This document shows positions 23,186 through 34,153 of a stretch of DNA of 64,000 nucleotides, piece after piece; position 1 is the first letter of the stretch, and each line of letters opens with the position of its first letter. The position numbers and the translations under genes were made by a program. The notes beneath the pieces are model-generated. The model searched no databases and was not told where the DNA came from. It saw nothing but the letters and a program-made list of their open reading frames with translations. Origin of the DNA: Nitrospirota bacterium (GTDB lineage Bacteria > Nitrospirota > JACRHJ01); NCBI GenBank assembly GCA_963733375.1, contig CAVTDB010000026.1, positions 32,001 through 96,000 on the forward strand. The letters run 5' to 3'.

Positions 23186-24669
23186 TACTCTATCTGCGCT
23201 TTCTGAAGTTTTCCGCTGAAGTCGCGGTAGATGGTCTTCCATCTGGTAAACAAGTCCAGCGCGCCGCCCCTGCCGCCGGCTTCCTTGCTCCCGAAACCGC
23301 TCTTCTTCTCGCCGCCGAACGGCAGCTGGACCTCCGCCCCTATCGTGCTGGCGTTAACGTAGACTATCCCCGTTTCCAACTCCCTTTCCGCAAGGGCCGA
23401 GTAGCGGATATTGTTCGTATAAATCGACGCCACCAGGCCGTACTGCACCCCGTTAGCGGCCTCTATAGCTTCGTCAAAATTTTTCACCTTTATAAGCGAG
23501 ACCACCGGCCCGAAAATCTCCTCCTGGGACGTCTTCATCTTCGGGTCCGCTTCGGCCAGTATCGTCGGCTCGAAGAAATAGCCGTACCCAAGGTCGCCGT
23601 GGGTAAGATGCTGTCCGCCGAAGGCGATATTCACCCCCTCCTGCCTGCCTGTCTGGACGTAGTGCTGGACCTTTGTAAGCTGTTCGTCCGATACGAGCGG
23701 CCCCACGTCCGTCCCCGGGAAAAGACCGTTCCCGATTTTCAGGGCCTTTGCCGCGGCTATGAACTTTTCCTTGAACGCGCCGTAAACGTCCTTGTGGATA
23801 ATAACCCTCGACGCGGCGGTGCACCGCTGGCCGGTGGTGCCGAACCCGCCCCAGATCGCCCCTTCTACCGCTAAATCAAGGTCCGCGTCCTCCATTACGA
23901 TTATGGCGTTCTTGCCGCCCATCTCGCAGGCTATAGCGTGCCCGGGCCTCGCGCATTTGGAAATCAACGATTCCCCGACCGCAGAGGAGCCGGTGAAAGA
24001 CAGGCCGGAAGCAAGGGGGTGGGTGGCCAGGTATTCCCCTATATCGCCTCCCGCGCCGTGGATTAAATTCAGGACGCCCTTCGGAAGCCCCGCGGCCTCC
24101 AGCTTGCGGACGAGTTCCGTGGCACATACCGGCGTGAACTTGCTGGGTTTGAAAACGACGGTATTCCCCGCGATTAACGCCGAAAACAGCTTCCATGCCG
24201 GGATGGCTATCGGGAAGTTCCAGGGAGTGATAATTGAAAATATTCCCACCGGCTCGCGCACGGTTTTGATGTCTTTATCCTTAAGCTCGGAGGGTACGGT
24301 CTCACCTGACAGCCTCCTGCCCTCGCCCGCCATGTAATATCCGATATCTATCGCTTCCTGTACGTCGCCAAGGCCCTCAGCTATTACCTTGCCCATCTCC
24401 CGCGTAACCAGTTCGCCAAGCCGCGCCTTGTCCTGCCTGAGGCCTTCCGCCGCCCGGAAAAGTATCTCACCCCGCTTCGCGGCGGGCATGAGCCGCCAAC
24501 TTCGGAAGGCCCGCGCCGCCGCATCGAACGCCTTATCCACATCCGAAGTCCCGCTCTTCGTCACCGCGCCAACCGTATCGCGCCGGTCGGCTGGGTTCGT
24601 GCTGTCGAAGCTTTCGCCGGTTGACGATTCTATCCACTCGCCGTCTATGAAGTTCTTTATAATTTCCAC
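23185..24669 (-). CDS. Aldehyde dehydrogenase (semialdehyde dehydrogenase type)
   Basis: GTG 24669 with SD AGGAG; ITPWNFP, FTGS, CEMGGKN, GQRCTA, EEIFGPV, PFGG.K.SG. Confidence 0.92.
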   Translation of the reverse strand: MEIIKNFIDGEWIESSTGESFDSTNPADRRDTVGAVTKSGTSDVDKAFDAAARAFRSWRLMPAAKRGEILFRAAEGLRQDKARLGELVTREMGKVIAEGLGDVQEAIDIGYYMAGEGRRLSGETVPSELKDKDIKTVREPVGIFSIITPWNFPIAIPAWKLFSALIAGNTVVFKPSKFTPVCATELVRKLEAAGLPKGVLNLIHGAGGDIGEYLATHPLASGLSFTGSSAVGESLISKCARPGHAIACEMGGKNAIIVMEDADLDLAVEGAIWGGFGTTGQRCTAASRVIIHKDVYGAFKEKFIAAAKALKIGNGLFPGTDVGPLVSDEQLTKVQHYVQTGRQEGVNIAFGGQHLTHGDLGYGYFFEPTILAEADPKMKTSQEEIFGPVVSLIKVKNFDEAIEAANGVQYGLVASIYTNNIRYSALAERELETGIVYVNASTIGAEVQLPFGGEKKSGFGSKEAGGRGGALDLFTRWKTIYRDFSGKLQKAQIE

Positions 24670-24755
24670 GGTTATGGTCTCCTGTGCATACTTAAAATAT
24701 AACAAATAGATTATACTTTCGCAGAGAAAACTTTTTTGTTATAGTATTTTCTATT

Positions 24756-25527
24756 ATGAAAATTACCATCTTGGGTTGCGGCACGTCTTTCGGCGTGCCA
24801 ATGATTGCCTGCAAATGCCCCGTATGCCAGTCCTCCGACCCCAGGAACAAGAGGCTGCGCTCGTCCATATTAGTATCCTGGGACGATAAAAACATCCTGG
24901 TGGATACGGCCACCGACCTCCGGGCGCAGGCGATCGCCAACGGGGTCGAGCATATCGACGCCGTCGTTTATACCCATCCGCACGCGGAACACATAAACGG
25001 AATCGACGAGCTCAGGCGGTTCAACTGGCTCCAGGGCGCATCCATCCCGTGCTATGGAAGCCCGGAAACCCTGAAGGTGCTTCGGGATAATTTCAAATAC
25101 ATATTCGTCTTGCAGGGGAAGCCCGGCTGGCAGCCGAACCTGACGACGAACGAGATCGACGAGCCTTTCGACCTTTTCGGGATGAAGGTAATTCCCGTCG
25201 AGGTGATGCATGGGGACCTGCCGATATTCGGATACCGTTTCGGCGATTTCGCATACATCACGGATTTCAGCGAAATACCGGAGGAGTCCATGGACCTCCT
25301 GAAGGGCCTTGAAGTTATGGTGCTTGAGGCCCTCCGGACGGAACCTCATCCGGCGCACGTGACGATATCAGCAGGCGATGCAGTACGTGGAGGTATTGAA
25401 GCCTAAGAGGGCGATATTCACGCACATGGCGCATGGGTTCGATTACGAGACCGTGATGAAGGAAATGCCTTCCGGCGTCGAACTGGCATATGACGGCATG
25501 GTGATAGAGATACAGGAGAAACAATAA
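24756..25527 (+). CDS. MBL-fold metallo-hydrolase, PhnP-like (frameshift near 25370)
   Basis: LGCGTSFGVP..C.C.VC.S.DPRN.R.R.S, THPHAEHING, AYITD. Confidence 0.85.
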
Positions 25528-26523
25528 ATGGGCATGGACCGGGAAAAACTTCGGGCGATGGCGTCCGGATTTCAGTCCGCAAAGATACTTCTGGCGGCGA
25601 ACGAGCTGGGGATATTTAAATTGCTTGCCGGGAAGGGTCTGAACGCGGATGAGATATCGAGCGCCTTAAGCCTGGACCAGGAAGCGGCACAGATGCTCCT
25701 CGGGGCGCTGGTGGGCTTGAAGCTCCTTGAGCGTAAAAGAGGGAAACTCTACAATACCCCGGAGGTAAGCGAGTATCTGGGCAAAGACTCGGATGAGAGC
25801 CTGTCCTGCATATTCAGCCATATGAACCACCTCTACGAGTCATGGGGGAACCTTGACAAGGTGGTTAAAAAAGGCAGGCCGAAGAGAAAGGCGCCTTCAA
25901 AACTCCTGTCGGACAAAAAGGCGAACAGGGACTTTATCTGCGGTATGTTCGAGGTAGGCCGCCCCACGGCTCAAATGTTCGTGGAAGAGATGGACCTGGC
26001 CGGCGTCAGGAAATTTGCAGACATCGGCGGAGGGCCGGGCGTGTATCCTATCACGATAGGCAGGAAGCATCCGGACATGAGCTTCGTCCTCGCGGACTAT
26101 CCCAATACTGTCAAAGTGGCGCGCGAGTACGTGAAGAAATACGGGATGAGCAGGAGGGTGAAACTTGCCGAGTGCGCCTTCTTTGACGTGGACGAACTCG
26201 GGATAGGCGGCGATTTCGATATGGCCCTTCTTTCCCAGGTCCTTCACGCGGCGCCGGACGAGAAGGCGAAGGGGCTTCTTAAAAAAGTCTTCCGCATCCT
26301 GCGTCCCGGCGGGAGGGTAGTCATAAACGAAAATGCCCTGAACGACGACAGGTTCTCGCCTCCGCCGCCGTTAGTTTTCGCTATTAACATGCTCGTCCAG
26401 AACGCCGGACGCACGTTTACAATAAGCGAGCTTAAAAACTGGCTGAAGGAATCGGGATTCAGGAAGATTAATGCCAGAAGACTCCATGACCGCTCGGTGC
26501 TGGTGGAGGGGACCAAACCCTAA
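25528..26523 (+). CDS. SAM-dependent methyltransferase with N-terminal dimerisation domain
   Basis: AANELGIF N-domain, DIGGGPG motif I, LLSQVLH, LRPGGR. Confidence 0.85.
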   Translation: MGMDREKLRAMASGFQSAKILLAANELGIFKLLAGKGLNADEISSALSLDQEAAQMLLGALVGLKLLERKRGKLYNTPEVSEYLGKDSDESLSCIFSHMNHLYESWGNLDKVVKKGRPKRKAPSKLLSDKKANRDFICGMFEVGRPTAQMFVEEMDLAGVRKFADIGGGPGVYPITIGRKHPDMSFVLADYPNTVKVAREYVKKYGMSRRVKLAECAFFDVDELGIGGDFDMALLSQVLHAAPDEKAKGLLKKVFRILRPGGRVVINENALNDDRFSPPPPLVFAINMLVQNAGRTFTISELKNWLKESGFRKINARRLHDRSVLVEGTKP

Positions 26524-26622
26524 GGGACCGTATAATAGACGATATTCGAGCTCATCGACTTACGTCTCCAAAATGGGCCGATACTGCAAATGCGGTATGG
26601 TTGCCCGGCCTGTCCCGGAGCT

Positions 26623-28144
26623 TTAGAACGGCCGTCCCGGGGTTTGCCGACGTTGGTCCCCCCGTGAGACGGTAGCAGATTTTTTTGCCGTCCCTGTAGA
26701 AAAATACCTTCTTCCGAACTGCGCCGATCCTTCCGCGAAAACCATCGCCTGCATGACCGAAAAATTTCCCTGGCGCGTTACCGATAGCTGAATTTTGTCG
26801 CCTTCCGCCGCGCCGATTGTCCTTGCGGCATTTATGCGGCCTCCCGTTATAAGGGGGAGTTTAAGGAAGTCCGCGTTATCCAGGATGAGTGACTTTATCT
26901 GCGCGGCGGTGAGCGATTTATTTACGGACGCGGTGAGCGCGGCAAGACCTGAGACATGCGGGGCGGCCATGGACGTCCCCGATTCGACCATATACGAAGT
27001 CCCATTTCCGGAAAGTGATGCCGGCCAGGTGCTAAGGATGTTTACTCCCGGCGCCGCGACATGCACGGAATTTTTTCCATAGTCGGAAAAGTAGGCAAGT
27101 TTGTCGTCCATATCGGTAGCGGCGACGGAAATGACGCCGGATATATTAGTGAATGATGCCGGGTACATTGGTTGCGTGTCGTTATCGCTTCCGTTATTGC
27201 CCGCCGCGGCGACAAACAATATGCCGTTATCGGAAGCCTCCTGTATAGCCGCCTGGAGGATCGGGTCAATGCCCACCGGCAGGGCCGCCCCAGCTCGCGT
27301 TGATAACCCGGACGTCCACCCCGGCCTTCTTCTCGTTTACCGCGTAGTTTATACATGTCACGGCGTCTTCGGTATTGCCTGTGGCGCCGAAGTCGGGTCG
27401 GGGCTGAGGAACTTGAGGGCCATGATGGAGACATGCCAGTTTATGCCGCAAATGCCCATGGCATTGTCCCCCATCGCGCCTATGATGCCCGACACATGGC
27501 TGCCATGGCCGACATCGTCCAACGGGTCTCCAGTACCGGTAATTGCGTTAATGCCGTGGATATCGCCTGAGTATCCCTGGTTGCCGGGCGAAGGGTTTGT
27601 CCAGACGTTGCCGCCAGGTCCGGATGAGTATAATCTATCCCTGTGTCTATCACCGCCACGACGATATCCTTGGACCCGGTCGCCCTGTTCCATGCGAAGG
27701 GCATCTTGATATCGGCGCCGCGCTTCCCGTGACTCATGGACATTGACCTTCTGTCCGGTATCCAGCAGGCCCCACTGGAGCTTAAATAGCGGGTCGTCCG
27801 GCTTTTCCAGCGCATGATATATGTAATTGGGCTGGGCCAACTCCACGTCCGGGGACATCAAGGCGTCTGTTACTTTGCTTTCCACCGTCTCGCCCGGCGC
27901 GAGCTTCAACTTATAAACCCGGTCCTCAACCCCGGCCGGATAGCATCCTGCGCGCCCTTTCCACGGCGAGAGCGGAAATTATCCCTGAGCCGGTTGTGGG
28001 GGCATTTTTTTTCAGCTTTACCAATATCTCGTCTTTTTTAAAGAAGTCTCCGGCTGCAAAGGCGGCCGAGGCAGCGCCGGGTAGTCCCGCGGCAAGCACG
28101 AGGGACACGGCAAGGATAAAAAGGAAGCCCCGCGAGGTTCGCAT
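26623..28144 (-). CDS. Secreted S8 subtilisin-family serine protease (multiple frameshifts)
   Basis: Signal peptide, AQPNY prodomain end, VAVIDTG, GHGSHVSGII, AAAGN, SGTSMAAPHVSG across five ORF fragments. Confidence 0.85.
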
Positions 28145-28316
28145 TTTATCTTCCTCTTTTATTAGATGGATTCAGGCCGGACTGCTCGAATGGATCGTGT
28201 TCTCGAATGGATTTAATGAAAGTATATCAGAAAAGCGATAAACGGTCTCTTCCTTGACAAGAAGCGCCCATTTGTATTAATTTAAATCTGATTTTAAATC
28301 TAAATAAGGAGTTCGC

Positions 28317-29609
28317 TTGGATATCCCGCTTTCGGAGAAAGACAAGAAATACCTCTGGCACCCATTTACCCAGATGAGGGATTGGGAGGCCGAGGAGCCG
28401 CTCATAATCGAGAAAGGCAGGGGGAACTATCTCTACGACATTGAAGGGAAACGCTATTTTGACGGCGTCTCCTCGCTCTGGGTGAATGTCCACGGGCATA
28501 GAAGGAAAGAGATAGACGACGCAATCATAAGGCAGGTGAAAACCATCTCCCATTCCACGTTCCTGGGGCTATCCCATCCGCCGGGGATCGAGCTGGCCGA
28601 GAGGCTGGTCAATATAGCGCCGGAGGGGCTTAAGCGGGTATTTTATTCCGACAACGGCTCCACGGCCGTCGAAATAGGCCTTAAAATGGCCTTCCAGTAC
28701 TGGAAGCATAAAGGCGAGGACAGGCCGCTTTTCCTCTGCCTGAAGGAGGCCTACCACGGCGATACCATCGGTTCGGTCAGCGTCGGAGGGATGGAGCTGT
28801 TCCACGAGATTTTTAAACCACTTCTCTTTCAAACCGTCAAGGCGGCGACCCCGTTCTGCTACCGGTGCGGGCTCGGGTTAGAGAGAAGTTCCTGCGGCAT
28901 GGCCTGCGCGGACGAGTTGGAGAGGCTGATGCGGGAAAATGAGGGCAAAATCTCGGCGCTGGTGTTGGAGCCGCTGGTGCAGGGCGCGGCGGGGATAATC
29001 GTCCACCCGGCGGGCTATCTTACGAGGGCGCGGGAGCTTTGCGATAAGTATAATATCCTGCTCGTCCTGGACGAGGTCGCTACCGGCTTCGGCAGGACGG
29101 GCCGATTATTCGCTTGTCAGCACGAGGGGGTCTCTCCGGATATTCTCTGTCTCGCCAAGGGCATCACCGGCGGCTATCTGCCGCTCGCGGCGACGATGAC
29201 GGCCGAGAAGATATATGAAGCTTTCCTGGGGGACTATGCCCAGCTTAAAACCTTTTTCCACGGTCACAGCTATACCGCGAACCCCCTTGCCTGCGCCGCC
29301 GCGCTTGCGAATCTGGACGTGTTCGAGAAGGATGAGACGCTTCAACTCATGCCGGAAAAAGAGGCCGCGCTTTCCGCCGGGCTGGAAAACATTAAAAAGC
29401 TTCCTCACGTGGGGGACGTGCGCCGGAAGGGGCTCATGGTCGGTATAGAGCTTGTGAAGGACAAGGACACGAAGGAGCCGTATCCTTTGCCGGAGAAAAT
29501 AGGGATCCGGGTTATAACCGAGGCAAGGCGGCTGGGGCTTATAATCCGCCCGCTTGGAAACGTCATAGTGCTGATGCCGCCGCTCTCGTCCACGCCGCCG
29601 AGAAACTGA
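28317..29609 (+). CDS. bioA: Adenosylmethionine-8-amino-7-oxononanoate aminotransferase (3' end uncertain)
   Basis: LWHPFTQM, DGVSSLWVNVHGH, YHGDT.G, DEVATGFGRTG, AKGITGGYLPL, HGHSYTANP. Confidence 0.92.
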   Translation: MDIPLSEKDKKYLWHPFTQMRDWEAEEPLIIEKGRGNYLYDIEGKRYFDGVSSLWVNVHGHRRKEIDDAIIRQVKTISHSTFLGLSHPPGIELAERLVNIAPEGLKRVFYSDNGSTAVEIGLKMAFQYWKHKGEDRPLFLCLKEAYHGDTIGSVSVGGMELFHEIFKPLLFQTVKAATPFCYRCGLGLERSSCGMACADELERLMRENEGKISALVLEPLVQGAAGIIVHPAGYLTRARELCDKYNILLVLDEVATGFGRTGRLFACQHEGVSPDILCLAKGITGGYLPLAATMTAEKIYEAFLGDYAQLKTFFHGHSYTANPLACAAALANLDVFEKDETLQLMPEKEAALSAGLENIKKLPHVGDVRRKGLMVGIELVKDKDTKEPYPLPEKIGIRVITEARRLGLIIRPLGNVIVLMPPLSSTPPRN

Positions 29610-29750
29610 CGAGAAGAGTGGTTGATTAACGATCACTGAAAAACCGCCTGCGATAATGTAAGGCCGGGTGTGGCGGTGGCAGGCATGGTGGAAGGTTTGG
29701 CGACAATAATAAATATTTGGTGAATTAATAGATGCAGGATATGCCGGAAC

Positions 29751-30314
29751 ATGGGAGAACTGACGGAAGTAATATCTCCTCTCGAAATAACGGAGGCGGT
29801 CAGGCGGCTCGGGACGGAAATAAACCGCGACTACGCGGGGGGAGAGGTTCTGGCCGTCTGCGTCCTGAACGGCTCGTTTATCTTTTTTTCCGATTTAATC
29901 CGGGAGCTTACGGTGCCGGTAGAGGTGGATTTCCTGAAAGTAAAGAGTTACGGCTCCGGGACGGAGAGCTCCGGAGAGTTGGAGGTAGATTGCTGGCTGA
30001 AGGCGGACGTGAAGGGAAGGGACGTCCTGGTAGTGGAGGATATCGTTGACACGGGGCTGACCTTGAGCGTTATCATTCAGAGACTGAAGGCGGGGAATCC
30101 AAAAACATTAAAGGTCTGCGCCCTCCTGGACAAGCGGGCCAGGAGGAAGGCGGCGGTTAATCCGGACTATACCGGTTTCCTGGTGGAGGACCAGTTCCTC
30201 GTAGGGTACGGCCTTGACCTGGACGGCCGCCACCGGAACCTCCGGGGAGTTTGCAAAGTGCGCCCTCCTAGGGCAGGAATTGCCGTAAAACTCAATAACT
30301 TATTTACTTCTTGA
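29751..30314 (+). CDS. hpt: Hypoxanthine phosphoribosyltransferase
   Basis: VLNGSFIFFSDL, VLVVEDIVDTGLTL, FLVGYGLD. Confidence 0.92.
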   Translation: MGELTEVISPLEITEAVRRLGTEINRDYAGGEVLAVCVLNGSFIFFSDLIRELTVPVEVDFLKVKSYGSGTESSGELEVDCWLKADVKGRDVLVVEDIVDTGLTLSVIIQRLKAGNPKTLKVCALLDKRARRKAAVNPDYTGFLVEDQFLVGYGLDLDGRHRNLRGVCKVRPPRAGIAVKLNNLFTS

Positions 30315-30369
30315 GGAGCGGGTGATATAATTTTGGAAGGGAAAAGTGATTAAGGAGGTAATATACGAT

Positions 30370-31845
30370 ATGGGTCATAAAAAGCTTGTAACGTGGTTAG
30401 GGGTAATCATGCTCCTTACGCTTGGAGTCGCTTCCGGACTTATAATATCGTCGCGTCTCGATATAATGAATATCAGCAGGGCGCAAAAAGACAAGCCTTT
30501 CAAAGTATCTCCCGCGCTTACCCAGATCTCGGACGCCCTTGCGGACGTGGCGTCGCAGGTTACGCCCACTGTAGTAAATATTTCCACAACCAAGACGGTA
30601 AAGCCGGACGACCAGTTAAATCCGTACTTCGATGACCCCTTCCTGCGCAAGTTCTTCGGAGTGCCGGAACATCCCAGAGGGAGTTCAAGGAGAGGAGCTT
30701 AGGCTCCGGCGTAATAGTCTCTTCCGATGGCTATATAATCACGAATAACCATGTAATCGAGGGAGCCAGCGAGATAAAGGTCGTCCTGCCGAACAAGCGG
30801 GAATTCAAGGGAAAGCTGATAGGCGCCGATTCCAGGAGCGACGTGGCGGTGATAAAGATCGACGACAAGGACCTCCCGGCGATAACCTGGGGCGATTCCG
30901 ATAAACTCCGGCCTGGCGAGATGGTCATGGCGGTCGGGTCTCCCTTCGGGCTTACCCAGTCGGTAACGATGGGGATAATCTCCGCGGTAGGCCGCGCCAA
31001 CATCGGCATTGAGGATTACGAAGACTTTATCCAGACGGACGCCGCGATAAACCCCGGCAACTCCGGCGGCGCGCTCGTCAACATGCGCGGTGAACTGGTT
31101 GGCATCAATACCGCCATATTTTCGCGCACGGGAGGCTATCAGGGGATAGGTTTCGCGGTGCCGTCGAGGATGGCCAAGCAGGTTATGGAAAGCCTGATCC
31201 GCACCGGTAAAGTGGTCAGGGGCTGGCTTGGAGTATCGGTGCAGGACGTAACCCCTGCATTATCCAAGCAATTCGGCGTCCCGGTGGGCGAAGGGGCGCT
31301 GGTGGGCGAGGTCGTGAAGGGGAGCCCCGCCGAGAAGGCCGGTTTCAAGCAGGGCGACGTAATAATAGAGTTTAATGGCAAAAAAGTTGAGGATTCCGGG
31401 CACTTAAGGAACCTGGCCGCCTCTACCGTGGTCGGCAGCAGGATAAAGGTGGAAGTAATAAGGAATCAGAAGAAGGAGAGCCTTACCGTGACCGTGGGAG
31501 AGTTGCCCAAGGAAGCTGCGGCGGGGCAGACCGAGAAGACGGCTACTGACGACGGCGCTTTCGGGCGTGACTGTCCAGGACCTCACTCCGGACCTTGTCG
31601 ACAGGCTGGGACTGGACCCGAGCACCACGGGAGTGGTGGTAGACATGGTGGACCCGGGGAGCGTGGCGGACGAGTCCGGTCTTCAGAGGGGCGACGTGAT
31701 AACCGAGATTAACAGGAAGCCCGTCAGGAACGTGAAGGAGTATAATGCCGAGGTTAATAAGCTTCAAAAGGGCGCCGCGGTACTCCTTCTTATAAACAGG
31801 AAGGGTTCGGCGCTCTGGCTGCCTGTGAGCCCGGGAGAAGAATAA
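30370..31845 (+). CDS. DegP/DegQ (HtrA) serine protease with two PDZ domains (two frameshifts)
   Basis: LGSGVI, TNNHV, IQTDAAINPGNSGG, RGWLGV. Confidence 0.9.
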
Positions 31846-31879
31846 AAATTTATCTGTTCTCTGGAGGATATTTTTTATC

Positions 31880-32908
31880 ATGTTTAATGTAATCAGAATA
31901 GGTTTTCTCATTGTCTCCGCGATAATGGGACAACTGATATTTTCGCAGATGACTAACCTGGGGGGGAATACGGCGCTCGGCGCGGGGATAGGCCTGGCCG
32001 TCGGCATGGCGGCAATTGTCCTTGAACTCGCCGTCAGGAAGGCCCCGGTCCGGGCATTGACTGGCGCTATAATCGGCCTCGCCCTGGGCATCATATTCGC
32101 GGCGCTTGTATGCGTGCCTATAAAGAATCTGCCGATCTCGCCCGAAGTCGGGGGGATAACCAGGTTCTTCATATACGCCGTGCTGGGCTACTTCGGCCTG
32201 GTGTTCGGCGCCAGGAAGGGTATAGAATTTGATTTCAAGAGGACCATCAGCGTGTTCAAGGAATCGCAGGAGGCTGGTAATATCAAGATCCTGGACACCA
32301 GCGTCATAATCGACGGAAGGATAGCGGACATCTGCGAGACCGGCTTCCTTGAAGGCGTTTTTATGATACCCCAGTTCATCCTCCACGAGCTCCAGCACAT
32401 AGCCGACTCATCCGATCCCTTGAAAAGGGCCAGGGGCAGGAGAGGGCTGGACATCCTGCACCGCGTTCAGAAAACAGCGGGTCTGGACGTGCGGGTGGTG
32501 GAGGACGATTTCCCGAAGATACGGGAGGTGGACGCAAAGCTGGTGGCGCTTGCCAAGGTTAAAAACGCCAAGGTCATCACCAACGATTTTAACCTTAACA
32601 AAGTCGCGGAGTTGCAGGGCGTAACCGTACTGAACATCAATGAGCTGTCTAACGCGGTCAAGCCCGTGGTCCTCCCCGGCGAACTTATGAGGGTGTTCGT
32701 CCTCAAGGAGGGCAAGGAGTTCGGTCAGGGCGTCGGTTACCTGGACGACGGCACGATGATCGTAGTGGAAAACGGCAGGAAGCACATCGGGAAGACCGTG
32801 GACGTGGCGGTCACCTCCGTCCTGCAGACTACCGCAGGCCGAATGATATTCACGAAGCTCAAAGAGGATTCCGAAAAAGAGGAGTATCAGGTTGCCAGCG
32901 CGAGCTGA
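31880..32908 (+). CDS. Membrane PIN/TRAM domain protein (YacL family)
   Basis: TM helices, LDTSVIIDGRI, RGRRGLD, TNDFNLNKVA, GYLDDGTMIVVE. Confidence 0.92.
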   Translation: MFNVIRIGFLIVSAIMGQLIFSQMTNLGGNTALGAGIGLAVGMAAIVLELAVRKAPVRALTGAIIGLALGIIFAALVCVPIKNLPISPEVGGITRFFIYAVLGYFGLVFGARKGIEFDFKRTISVFKESQEAGNIKILDTSVIIDGRIADICETGFLEGVFMIPQFILHELQHIADSSDPLKRARGRRGLDILHRVQKTAGLDVRVVEDDFPKIREVDAKLVALAKVKNAKVITNDFNLNKVAELQGVTVLNINELSNAVKPVVLPGELMRVFVLKEGKEFGQGVGYLDDGTMIVVENGRKHIGKTVDVAVTSVLQTTAGRMIFTKLKEDSEKEEYQVASAS

Positions 32909-33665
32909 TTCGTCGAAGCCGCCAGAATCGAAGATAACGAAGGTTACGGTGCTTGTTCCGGCGGCGGGTTCGGGGAGCCGGATGGGTGGCCGTGTCAAAA
33001 AGCAGTTCCTGCTGCTGGACGGGATGCCTGTTCTCGCGCATACGCTGAAGCGTTTCGACGAGATGCCGGAGGTGTTTGAGATAATCCCCATCGTCCCCGA
33101 AGCGGAGTTGGAAGACTGTCTTCTGAAGTGCGTGGAGAGCCAGGGACTGAAAAAAGTAAGGCGGGTAGTCCCCGGCGGAGAGATGCGGCAGGACTCGGTC
33201 TATAACGGACTGAAGGCCATCGAGCCCCCCTGCGGCTGCGTAATGGTTCACGACGGCGTCCGCCCGTTCGTGACACGCGAGCTGATATCAGCCCTTTTAT
33301 CGGCCCTTGAAGGCTGCGACGGAGCAGTCCTGGGCGTCCCCTCCAAGGATACCTTAAAGGAGGTCGGCCCCGACAACCTCGTCCGGAAGACTCTGGACAG
33401 GAGGCTGTGCTGGCTGGTTCAGACCCCCCAGGTGTTCTCGTACCGGGTGCTCGCGGACGTTTTCCGGAAGGCGTACGCGGAAGGATATTACGGGACCGAC
33501 GAAGCCTCACTGGTGGAGAGGTACGGCGGCTCCGTGAAGGTTGTGGCAGGCTCTTACGCCAACATCAAGATAACTACTCCCGAGGACATGGTCCTGGCAG
33601 AGGCCCTTCTTATGAAGGAGGCGGGGGAGAAGGTGAAGGCTGGGAAGGCGGCCTGCAGGACATGA
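32892..33665 (+). CDS. ispD: 2-C-methyl-D-erythritol 4-phosphate cytidylyltransferase
   Basis: [38 protein letters not shown]. Confidence 0.93.
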   Translation: MPARADSSKPPESKITKVTVLVPAAGSGSRMGGRVKKQFLLLDGMPVLAHTLKRFDEMPEVFEIIPIVPEAELEDCLLKCVESQGLKKVRRVVPGGEMRQDSVYNGLKAIEPPCGCVMVHDGVRPFVTRELISALLSALEGCDGAVLGVPSKDTLKEVGPDNLVRKTLDRRLCWLVQTPQVFSYRVLADVFRKAYAEGYYGTDEASLVERYGGSVKVVAGSYANIKITTPEDMVLAEALLMKEAGEKVKAGKAACRT

Positions 33666-34138
33666 GGGTCGGGAACGGGTACGATGTCCATAAGCTAGCC
33701 GAAGGCAGGAAGCTGATATTAGGGGGCGTTGATATCCCCTACGGCAAAGGTCTTCTGGGCCATTCCGATGCGGACGTCCTGATTCATGCGGTAATGGACG
33801 CGCTTCTGGGGGCCGCGGGCCTGCCCGATATCGGAACCCACTTCCCGGATACCGACCCCGCTTACAAAGGGATTTCGAGCAGAGAACTGCTGAGGGCAAC
33901 GGCAAAAATGCTCGAGGAAAAAAATTTTAAAGTCAACAACATTGATTCCATAATCGTCGCGCAGGCTCCGAAGCTGGCCCCGCATATACCCGCCATGAGG
34001 GTAAACCTGGCTTTCGACCTGCAAATAACCGGCGACAGGGTGAATATAAAGGCCACCACCACCGAGGGCCTTGGACCGGAAGGCAGGGGCGAAGGCATCG
34101 CCTCCTATGCGGTCTGCACCCTGAAGGAATCGGAATAA
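33662..34138 (+). CDS. ispF: MEcPP synthase
   Basis: [34 protein letters not shown]. Confidence 0.95.
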   Translation: MRVGNGYDVHKLAEGRKLILGGVDIPYGKGLLGHSDADVLIHAVMDALLGAAGLPDIGTHFPDTDPAYKGISSRELLRATAKMLEEKNFKVNNIDSIIVAQAPKLAPHIPAMRVNLAFDLQITGDRVNIKATTTEGLGPEGRGEGIASYAVCTLKESE

Positions 34139-34153
34139 ACGAGGGAAAAGGGA

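Noticed and set aside
28254-28305. AT-rich imperfect palindrome before bioA as a BirA operator
   Set aside because: No TGTAAACC..GGTTTACA-like match; could be chance symmetry in promoter DNA.
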